The translations under genes and the position numbers were made by a program. A stretch of DNA of 30,401 bases from a bacterium (GTDB lineage: Bacteria; Patescibacteriota; Saccharimonadia; Saccharimonadales; HK-STAS-PATE-42), in assembly GCA_029781075.1 (NCBI GenBank), contig JAKOXJ010000042.1:1-30401 (forward strand). Reading direction: 5' to 3'. Under the pieces are notes generated by a model. It did no database searches. It had not been told where the DNA came from and was given only the letters and a program-made list of their open reading frames with translations. Shown here in pieces: positions 1 through 6,996 of the stretch. The stretch's first letter is position 1, and every line of letters begins with the position of its first letter.

Positions 1-324
1 CTGCCCAGTTCTCATCGAAAAATCACCTGCTAAGAATATTTTAACCATATTACCGTTAAACTCTATCTCGTGGTTCTTTCCAATAGGATTATTGTTACCA
101 GTCTCAATTACTCTATGGTTCCTCAGTATGTGCTGGAGTTTTTCTTGCTCTGAGAGGAGCACTGCCTCTTTGGCCTTGGCATTATCCCAAGGAGAGTTAT
201 CATGCCAAGTCTCTGAGCTCTCGGTTAGCGTTTGCCTAAACTCAGCAGCAAGTTCTCTCAGCTCTAATTTGAGCTCTTCTAGTCTTTCTACAACTAGTTC
301 TTTGTCTTCTTGTAGTATTTCCAT
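1..324 (-). CDS. GreA/GreB-like transcription elongation factor, partial (runs off window start)
   Basis: Not in the ORF track. Manual translation from ATG at 324: MEILQEDKELVVERLEELKLELRELAAEFRQTLTESSETWHDNSPWDNAKAKEAVLLSEQEKLQHILRNHRVIETGNNNPIGKNHEIEFNGNMVKIFLAGDFSMRTGQ, open to base 1. Helix-tip-helix coiled coil with WHDNSPWDNAK resembling the Gre DLxENxEYxxAK tip. Confidence 0.7.
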   Translation of the reverse strand, partial: MEILQEDKELVVERLEELKLELRELAAEFRQTLTESSETWHDNSPWDNAKAKEAVLLSEQEKLQHILRNHRVIETGNNNPIGKNHEIEFNGNMVKIFLAGDFSMRTGQ

Positions 325-364
325 ATTTTTAATAGTTTAGTTTATTTGATCTGGGATGTCATTC

Positions 365-393
365 AAAAAGTAAAAGACACCCTCTAGGTGCCT
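365..393 (-). terminator. Terminator-like hairpin inside the 5' leader of the Gre-like gene
   Basis: Minus strand AGGCACC-TAGAG-GGTGTCT (7 bp, one G-U) running into TTTTACTTTTT. Confidence 0.5.
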
Positions 394-426
394 GAAGGAG
401 CCACTTTGCCCCGGTTGATGCTATTG

Positions 427-456
427 ATTATAGCAAAAACCACTTGTGTGTGGCAA
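427..456 (-). promoter_or_regulatory. sigma70-type promoter for the Gre-like gene
   Basis: TTGCCA (456-451), 18-nt spacer, TG-C-TATAAT extended -10 (435-427). Confidence 0.65.
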
Positions 457-464
457 GTGGTTTT
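436..464 (-). terminator. Intrinsic terminator downstream of rpsJ
   Basis: Perfect 11-bp inverted repeat AAAACCACTTG/CAAGTGGTTTT with a 7-nt loop; T-run at the 3' end on the minus strand. Confidence 0.7.
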
Positions 465-605
465 AAAGGGTGATCGGTTAAAATCTTTTGTTTTCTTGTT
501 TTTAATTCCTTTTTTATTTTATTTTTACTTCTCTAGTTGTTACTATTGCAAAAATCTAGGATAAAAACAAGACTGCAAATTTAAGCAATTTTATTGCGCT
601 TGAGT

Positions 606-929
606 TTACATCTTGATCTCAACATCGCAACCGGCAGGAAGGTTCAAACTCATCAACCTGTCGATTGTCTGCGGAGTTGGATCAAGCACATCGATTATGC
701 GCTTATGCACGCGAGATTCGAATTGCTCCTGAGAGTTTTTGTACTGAGCAGGAGCCCTAACTACGCTATAAAGCGTACGGCGAGTTGGTAAAGGGATTGG
801 CCCGTTAACCTTAGCACCAGTCCGAGTAGCAATATCTACGATCTGTTTTGCAGATAGATCTGCTACTTTGTGATCAAAAGCTTTAAGTCTGATTCTGATC
901 TTTCCCGTTGCTTTAGCTGCTGTTGCCAT
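606..929 (-). CDS. rpsJ: 30S ribosomal protein S10 (uS10)
   Basis: [22 protein letters not shown] and HKRIID motifs. Confidence 0.98.
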   Translation of the reverse strand: MATAAKATGKIRIRLKAFDHKVADLSAKQIVDIATRTGAKVNGPIPLPTRRTLYSVVRAPAQYKNSQEQFESRVHKRIIDVLDPTPQTIDRLMSLNLPAGCDVEIKM

Positions 930-959
930 ATCCCTTTATCTCTAACCTGATCCTCTTTA

Positions 960-2147
960 TTACTTGACGATCTTTGTTACTACACCAGCACCAACTGTAC
1001 GTCCACCTTCACGGATAGCTAGGTTTAGACCTTCTTCCATCGCAATTGGTGAGATTAGTTTAACTTTGAAAGTTACTGTATCGCCAGGCATTACCATTTC
1101 TTTGTCAGCTGGGAGCTCAATTTCTCCGGTCACGTCAGTTGTTCGGAAGTAGAACTGCGGCTTATAACCCTTAAAGAATGCTGAGTGACGTCCACCTTCT
1201 TCTTTAGTTAGGATGTAAACCTCTGCTTCGAACTCTGTGTGTGGAGTTATTGAACCTGGTTTAGCAAGAACCTGACCACGTTCGATCTGTTCACGCTCGA
1301 TACCGCGAAGTAGTAATCCTGCGTTATCACCGGCTTGACCCTGATCTAGAGACTTCTTAAACATCTCAACACCAGTGATTGTAGTCTTCTGAGTATCTTT
1401 AATACCAACGATTTCTACTTCGTCACCAACCTTAACGATACCTTGCTCAATTCTACCTGTAGCAACAGTACCACGTCCTTTAATACTAAAGACATCTTCG
1501 ATCGGCATTAGGAATGGCTTATCTAGATCACGAACTGGCTCTTTGATCCATTCGTCAACAGCGTCCATTAGCTCCATGATTGAATCTTCAGCAGCACTGT
1601 CGCCTTCTAGAGCCTTAGTAGCAGAACCTTTAACGATTGGTGATTTCTCATCGAAGCCTTGCTTCTTAAGCTCTTCACGGATTTCATCTTCTACTAGTTC
1701 AACTAGATCTGGATCAGCAAGGTCCATCTTGTTTAGGAAGACAACGATAGAAGGTACACCGACCTGCTTAGCAAGGAGTATGTGCTCTTTAGTTTGAGCA
1801 AGAGGTCCATCGTTACCAGCAACTACTAGGATAGCTCCGTCAATCTGAGCAGCACCAGTGATCATGTTCTTGATGTAATCAGCGTGACCTGGCATGTCGA
1901 CGTGAGCGTAATGACGCTTTTCTGTCTCATACTCAACATGTGAAGAGTTAATAGTAATTCCACGTTCTTGCTCTTCTTTGGCACCATCAATGGTAGCAAC
2001 AGTAGCGACTACGTCGTTAGCTCCACCAGGTACTCTTTTTGCTAGAACAGCTTTAATTGCAGCCGTAAGGCTTGTTTTACCGTGGTCAACGTGTCCCATT
2101 GTTCCAACGTTAACGTGTGGCTTGGTTCTTGAATAAGTATCTGCCAT
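960..2147 (-). CDS. tuf: Elongation factor Tu
   Basis: [44 protein letters not shown]; 395 aa. Confidence 0.99.
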   Translation of the reverse strand: MADTYSRTKPHVNVGTMGHVDHGKTSLTAAIKAVLAKRVPGGANDVVATVATIDGAKEEQERGITINSSHVEYETEKRHYAHVDMPGHADYIKNMITGAAQIDGAILVVAGNDGPLAQTKEHILLAKQVGVPSIVVFLNKMDLADPDLVELVEDEIREELKKQGFDEKSPIVKGSATKALEGDSAAEDSIMELMDAVDEWIKEPVRDLDKPFLMPIEDVFSIKGRGTVATGRIEQGIVKVGDEVEIVGIKDTQKTTITGVEMFKKSLDQGQAGDNAGLLLRGIEREQIERGQVLAKPGSITPHTEFEAEVYILTKEEGGRHSAFFKGYKPQFYFRTTDVTGEIELPADKEMVMPGDTVTFKVKLISPIAMEEGLNLAIREGGRTVGAGVVTKIVK

Positions 2148-2205
2148 ATCTTTTTTAGATTTTAACCTTTTTAATTAATGTTTTTTATTAATTTGATATT
2201 TCAGT

Positions 2206-2339
2206 TTTCTCTGATAGAAGATCTTCGTCCACAATAACTGCTTACTGGCAGTTTGCCTCACTATGCAGCCTTAACGTTTTAGCCTGCATAGCTGGCATTT
2301 GTTTTTAGTGGAACTCGGATCTTAAAATAGTCAGAGAAA
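2206..2339 (-). ncRNA. Unassigned 134-nt structured RNA upstream of tuf (leader or 6S-like)
   Basis: Nested helices: TTTCTCTGA/TCAGAGAAA, AAGATC/GATCTT, TCCAC/GTGGA, TGCC/GGCA, CTATGCAG/CTGCATAG, plus side hairpin AACTGC/GCAGTT. No credible ORF; starts about 5 nt after the predicted transcription start. Confidence 0.65.
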
Positions 2340-2351
2340 TACTAAGTACTA

Positions 2352-2381
2352 ATTTTACACTAGTGGTAGTGGTTTTTGCAA
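2352..2381 (-). promoter_or_regulatory. sigma70-type promoter for the structured RNA and tuf-rpsJ
   Basis: TTGCAA (2381-2376), 18-nt spacer, TAAAAT (2357-2352). Confidence 0.6.
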
Positions 2382-2393
2382 ACCCCTATTAAT

Positions 2394-2657
2394 TCACTTC
2401 CACCAAGGACGCTCATCCTCAAAAAACCATCCAAATACTTTAGGCGGTATATCAAAAGCCATACCTACTATCTTAGCCCCAGTAGCAGATATGAAGTCTC
2501 GTGCTACGCCAAGCTCTTCATCAAAAAGACCCGGCACTTTTACCGAGTCATTCATAAGGGGAGGATGCACAAAAGCCTCATCTGGATGTTGACACCCTAC
2601 AGATCTGATATCTTCTGTAGGATCTTCGTAGGGTCTATCTAACTCTAATAATGTCAT
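2394..2657 (-). CDS. Hypothetical protein, 87 aa, acidic
   Basis: ATG-started ORF co-oriented with fusA/tuf, TATAAT at 2693-2688 upstream; no recognised family. Confidence 0.5.
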   Translation of the reverse strand: MTLLELDRPYEDPTEDIRSVGCQHPDEAFVHPPLMNDSVKVPGLFDEELGVARDFISATGAKIVGMAFDIPPKVFGWFFEDERPWWK

Positions 2658-2671
2658 CGGACAGCTTAGGT

Positions 2672-2821
2672 TTATAACTTAAGCAGAATTATACTCTTAG
2701 ACCTAGAATAATCAATCTTCGTTGTGCTCTTGAACATGTTGCCAAGGGCATGGTTGGTCATGAAGTCTCTGTAGGGCTGCGATGCCCTGTGAAGGAAGTT
2801 TAACCAATCATACACTGGCAT
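2672..2821 (-). CDS. Possible small ORF, 49 aa (MPVYDWLNFLH...)
   Basis: Manual translation; GGGAG shortly upstream of ATG; overlaps the preceding small ORF by 14 nt. Confidence 0.2.
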   Translation of the reverse strand: MPVYDWLNFLHRASQPYRDFMTNHALGNMFKSTTKIDYSRSKSIILLKL

Positions 2822-2957
2822 CAAATATGCTCCCTGCTATATAGGATACAGACCCTGCCGCTTCTCCGAGCCTAGAGATAATAATCAAATCTCTAGGATT
2901 ACCAGGCCGACCTTGGACCTCTTTACTAGGTCCTGAATCATACGTTGGCATGGCCAT
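2808..2957 (-). CDS. Possible small ORF, 49 aa (MAMPTYDSGPSKEVQGRPGNP...)
   Basis: Manual translation; ATG 12 nt after the fusA stop; ends at TGA 2810-2808. Confidence 0.3.
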   Translation of the reverse strand: MAMPTYDSGPSKEVQGRPGNPRDLIIISRLGEAAGSVSYIAGSIFDASV

Positions 2958-2969
2958 ATTATCTTCTTT

Positions 2970-5057
2970 CTATTCTTCGGACTTTTTGCCACGCTTAGAG
3001 ATGATCTCTTCGGCAACATTTGGTGGTACTTCTGCGTAGTGGTCAAGCTCCATAACAGAGTTAGCGCGACCTTGTGACATTGACCGTAGATCAGTAGTGT
3101 ATCCAAACATGTTACCAAGTGGAACGAAAGCGATAACTTCTTTAGCTCCGTAAGCATCTTCCATACTTTCGATACGTCCACGCCTTGAGTTTAGATCTCC
3201 GATAACATCTCCCATGAAGTCCTCTGGCGTAGTTACCGTAACCTTCATGATTGGCTCCATAATTATTGGGGCAGCAACCTTAACAACATTTTGTAGACCG
3301 ATTGAACCTGCAATCTTAAATGACATTTCTGAAGAGTCGACATCGTGATAAGTTCCGTCGAACAAAGTGACTTTGACATCTACGACTGGGTAGCCGGCAA
3401 TAACACCACTTGCCATAGCTTCTTCGATACCGGCGCGAACTGCTGGGCGATATTCTTGGGGCACAACACCTCCTTTGATCTCATCAACAAATTCGAATCC
3501 AGCACCGCTTTCTTGTGGCTCAATGCGTAGGTGCACATCTCCGTACTGACCACGTCCACCGGACTGACGGACAAATTTACCTTGTGCCTCAGCTGTTTTC
3601 TTGACAGTCTCACGATAGGCCACCTGTGGAGCACCGATATTTGCTTCTACTTTAAATTCTCTCTTCATTCTATCTACTAGAATCTCTAGGTGAAGCTCAC
3701 CCATTCCACGGATAATTGTCTGGGCGGTTTCTGGGTCAGTTGCTACTTTAAAGGTTGGGTCTTCTTCTGCCAAGCGCTGAAGAGCGAGTGACATTCTCTC
3801 TTGATCCTGTTTAGTCTTAGGTTCAATAGCAATAGCTACTGGTGGCTCTGGGAAGTCAATGTTCTCTAATAAAATTGGCTTTGCAACGTCACAAAGCGTA
3901 TTTCCGGTAGTAGTATTTTTAATACCAACAATTGCAGCAATGTCGCCGGCACGGATCTCATCAATATCTTCACGCTTATCAGCACGAAGTCTCACTAGAC
4001 GGCCGACACGCTCTTTCTCTCCAGTCGAAGCGTTAAGCACATAAGAGCCGGTCTTAAGTACTCCAGAGTAAACACGGAAGTAACAAAGTTTACCTACAAA
4101 TGGATCGTTAGTTAACTTGAAAGCAAGACCAGAGAGCGGCTCATCATCACTTGGCTTCCTACTTATAGTGTCATCAGACTTAAGATCAGTCCCCCATGTC
4201 TCACCCTTATCAATCGGAGAAGGCAGATAATCGACCATTAGATCTAATAGGGCCTGAACGATGACACCGCGTCCATCTCCACCAGAGACTATATAAAGTT
4301 CTCCACTTATTACAGCTTTTCTTAATGCTACTTTTAGTTCATCTGTAGTGATTGAGTCTTCACCCTCTTCTAAGAAGCGCATCATTAGTTCGTCATCGGC
4401 CTCAACTGCACTTTCAACTAATAGGGAGCGAGCGTTCTTGGCTTTTTCGACCATGTCAGCTGGGATTTCTCCTTCGACTAGTTCTTTATCGGTAAAGTCG
4501 CTGTAGGTGTAGGCCTTCATCTCAACAAGGTCGACAATACCGTTAATATCTTTTTCAAAACCGATTGGTAAATGAACAGGAACGGCTTTTTTGCTGAGGC
4601 GAGCATGAATACTTTCGAGTGATTTATAGAAGTCACCTCCGATCTGGTTGATCTTGTTAATAAAGCAGATTCTTGGGACTCCGTATTTTGTAGCTTGACG
4701 CCAAACCGTTTCTGTTTGAGCTTCAACGCCTGATTTACCATCGAAGACAACAACCGCACCATCAAGTACACGCATCGAGCGCTCTACCTCAACAGTAAAG
4801 TCTACGTGACCAGGAGTATCAATAATGTTAATTTGTTTACCCTTCCAGAAGCATGTTACTGAGGCAGCAACGATGGTAATACCACGTTCACGCTCCTGAT
4901 CCATCCAGTCGGTAGTTGTTTCACCTTCGTGAACTGCCCCAATTTTATGGCTTAAACCTGTTCTATACAGGATTCCTTCTGTGGTTGTAGTTTTACCGGC
5001 GTCAATGTGAGCGATAATACCAATATTTCTGAAGTCGTTGATGTCTGTCTTGGCCAT
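2970..5057 (-). CDS. fusA: Elongation factor G
   Basis: [48 protein letters not shown]; 695 aa. Confidence 0.99.
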   Translation of the reverse strand: MAKTDINDFRNIGIIAHIDAGKTTTTEGILYRTGLSHKIGAVHEGETTTDWMDQERERGITIVAASVTCFWKGKQINIIDTPGHVDFTVEVERSMRVLDGAVVVFDGKSGVEAQTETVWRQATKYGVPRICFINKINQIGGDFYKSLESIHARLSKKAVPVHLPIGFEKDINGIVDLVEMKAYTYSDFTDKELVEGEIPADMVEKAKNARSLLVESAVEADDELMMRFLEEGEDSITTDELKVALRKAVISGELYIVSGGDGRGVIVQALLDLMVDYLPSPIDKGETWGTDLKSDDTISRKPSDDEPLSGLAFKLTNDPFVGKLCYFRVYSGVLKTGSYVLNASTGEKERVGRLVRLRADKREDIDEIRAGDIAAIVGIKNTTTGNTLCDVAKPILLENIDFPEPPVAIAIEPKTKQDQERMSLALQRLAEEDPTFKVATDPETAQTIIRGMGELHLEILVDRMKREFKVEANIGAPQVAYRETVKKTAEAQGKFVRQSGGRGQYGDVHLRIEPQESGAGFEFVDEIKGGVVPQEYRPAVRAGIEEAMASGVIAGYPVVDVKVTLFDGTYHDVDSSEMSFKIAGSIGLQNVVKVAAPIIMEPIMKVTVTTPEDFMGDVIGDLNSRRGRIESMEDAYGAKEVIAFVPLGNMFGYTTDLRSMSQGRANSVMELDHYAEVPPNVAEEIISKRGKKSEE

Positions 5058-5103
5058 AATGTCCTAAATACTATTTCTTATTCTTAAATTAATTTTTAGA
5101 TTA

Positions 5104-5147
5104 AAAAGTCGAGATTATATTTAAAAGAGTAATCTCGGCTGACTTTT
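5104..5147 (-). promoter_or_regulatory. Hairpin in the fusA 5' leader
   Basis: AAAAGTC/GACTTTT (7 bp) plus GAGATTA/TAATCTC (7 bp) with a 4-nt bulge and 12-nt loop. Confidence 0.5.
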
Positions 5148-5155
5148 ATAGGGAT

Positions 5156-5164
5156 ATTATAGCA
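5156..5164 (-). promoter_or_regulatory. Extended -10 promoter for fusA
   Basis: TG-C-TATAAT on the minus strand, about 100 nt upstream of the fusA ATG; divergent from a TATAAT (5193-5198) before tRNA-Ser. Confidence 0.6.
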
Positions 5165-5214
5165 CAACTGGTAGAGGTGAGTATATTTGCGGTATAATAA
5201 GATGTAATCACTAG

Positions 5215-5306
<92 letters not shown>

Positions 5307-5319
5307 ATTAATTGAATAT

Positions 5320-5565
5320 ATGAAACCTACAGATCTAGCTAAGATTCAGGTCATGATGAAGTGCCAAAAATGTGGTGGCCAACTTAAAAAAGTAAGTTGG
5401 AAAATTACTGCCGGAGCATTTGATGCGGGTAAAGAAGTTGAACAAACCGTATTTCAGTGCCCAGACGACAAAGAATTTATAAGCTTAGAAATATCCACTG
5501 GTAATGAGTCAGAATTTGCCTTTACGTTTGATGATGAGTCCTACGACCAAGAAGATACTGATTAG
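5320..5565 (+). CDS. Small Zn-ribbon-like protein, 81 aa, acidic tail
   Basis: Start moved to ATG 5320 because the track start lies inside the tRNA; CQKC and CPDD motifs. Confidence 0.65.
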   Translation: MKPTDLAKIQVMMKCQKCGGQLKKVSWKITAGAFDAGKEVEQTVFQCPDDKEFISLEISTGNESEFAFTFDDESYDQEDTD

Positions 5566-5660
5566 ACATAGACGACTTATATTACATTCATAGACTATGA
5601 GGGTTATAGTGACCTTCTTTTCTTATAGTGACAAAACCGATAACTGTTAGAATACTCTAT

Positions 5661-6161
5661 ATGAAGAAGGTTACCGTAAACGATATAATGCAACAGGGCT
5701 ACACTTATGAGCTTACTGAGCCAATGGGTAAGAACTTTGATGAGAGATTTAGACCAGAACTAACTCCAAAAGAAATGCTAGAACTAGGTGTATTTGGTGG
5801 TAAGTACATGACCGATTGCCAAGATGAATTTCCTAAAGATTGGTTCGATAACGCAAAGCTCTGTCATGAATTCCATGATGCAAAGTTAAATTGCTTCGGA
5901 GTGAATGCTAGCCAGAGTTTACAGGTTTGGAGAGAAAAAGGCTGGATACATGATGATGATCCCAGGGGGTGGTTTCAATGGTACTGCAGATATTACATGG
6001 GAAGACGTCACGAAGATGATGAGAGACAGATTAAGCGCTGGATAAATATGAGAAGACACATTGCTCAGATAAAGAATGCTTGTATGCAGGGCGACTTTGA
6101 CTGCCACAGGAAGCAACGTCAGGCAGTACTTCACTGGGCTTATGACAGTAGAAAGATCTAG
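5661..6161 (+). CDS. Conserved uncharacterised Trp/Arg-rich protein, 166 aa
   Basis: TPKEMLELGVFGGKY and DPRGWFQWYCRYYMGRR...DDERQIKRW motifs; ATG 5661 is 7 nt after TG-T-TAGAAT. Confidence 0.8.
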   Translation: MKKVTVNDIMQQGYTYELTEPMGKNFDERFRPELTPKEMLELGVFGGKYMTDCQDEFPKDWFDNAKLCHEFHDAKLNCFGVNASQSLQVWREKGWIHDDDPRGWFQWYCRYYMGRRHEDDERQIKRWINMRRHIAQIKNACMQGDFDCHRKQRQAVLHWAYDSRKI

Positions 6162-6171
6162 ATATATTTTT

Positions 6172-6867
6172 TTAATTTAAATTTAGAAATTGCCTAGCAA
6201 AGACGAGACCATGGACTTCTTTAGCGCCAGCATCCTTAAGGACCTTTGCGGCAGAATTCAATGTAGATCCTGTAGTTGTGACGTCATCAATTAAAATAAT
6301 GGCATCTCCGTTTATTAGGGCTTTGCGATGAGCAATAAAGAACTTCTTAGAGGCTTCAGAGCGTTGCTGCTTAGTTGATCCAATTTGATCAAATGAGCTC
6401 GTTCTAATAAGCAAAGACTTGAATCTAAGCCCCTCTTTTTTGGCAAAACCTTTAGATATGAGATATGATTGGTCCCAGCCTCTTTTACGGGCTCTTCTTC
6501 CTGCGGTAGGGACTGGGCTAACGATAATGTTCTTTATACTTGATATTCTTGAAATTGTAGAGATTGCCGACGACATTGGCTTGGTCGCGGCGTAGGTGTT
6601 GTCAAATTTTAAAGCTTTAACTAAATCTGAACTTAAAGTATTTTTATAATCGGAATACCAAGCTATAGAATCGAGGCTCTGTTTAGGTTTGCATCTACCG
6701 CAAATACCAAGATCTTTGCATTTTTGGTTACATTTATAGCAAGTTTTGCCGGAGGATTTATCCATAACTTCTTCAAGGCATTTTTGACAACAAATGAAAC
6801 CTTCCTCATTACAGCTTAAACAGTGGTGGGGTGCTACAAAACTAAGGGCATAATCTAGGTATTTCAT
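6172..6867 (-). CDS. comF: ComF family protein (double Zn ribbon plus PRTase-like domain)
   Basis: CLSC, CQKC, CYKC, CGRC; VPVP...RKRGWDQS; LIDDVTTTGSTL PRPP-binding motif. Start set at MKYLDY (ATG 6867). Confidence 0.85.
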   Translation of the reverse strand: MKYLDYALSFVAPHHCLSCNEEGFICCQKCLEEVMDKSSGKTCYKCNQKCKDLGICGRCKPKQSLDSIAWYSDYKNTLSSDLVKALKFDNTYAATKPMSSAISTISRISSIKNIIVSPVPTAGRRARKRGWDQSYLISKGFAKKEGLRFKSLLIRTSSFDQIGSTKQQRSEASKKFFIAHRKALINGDAIILIDDVTTTGSTLNSAAKVLKDAGAKEVHGLVFARQFLNLN

Positions 6868-6996
6868 GGCAGTATTGGGGTTAAGTTTACTCGGCAATCT
6901 TGCAATAACTTCTATTGTAGGTTTAGAATGTACCTTAATACAAATTTGATTTGTGAAATAGAGAAAAACCTGGAGGGGTAGTAAACTAAAATAGCT

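Noticed and set aside
92-340. Ser/Leu-rich plus-strand ORF of 82 aa
   Set aside because: It is the antisense shadow of the Gre-like gene on the minus strand.
380-420. c-di-GMP-I or other known riboswitch in the Gre-like leader (GGGCAAA seen)
   Set aside because: Only a short word matches; the conserved aptamer architecture is not there.
2206-2339. Identification of the tuf upstream RNA as SRP RNA, hammerhead, T-box, tmRNA or RNase P
   Set aside because: No SRP GNRA tetraloop with its symmetric loop, no CUGAUGA/GAAA core, no T-box sequence, no tRNA-like ends, and too short for tmRNA or RNase P.
2712-2810. TGA recoded genome-wide as Gly or Trp (code 25 or 4)
   Set aside because: fusA, tuf, ligA and pheT have no in-frame TGA, Gly uses GGN, Trp uses TGG, and TGA ends several genes. 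Only a local event remains possible.
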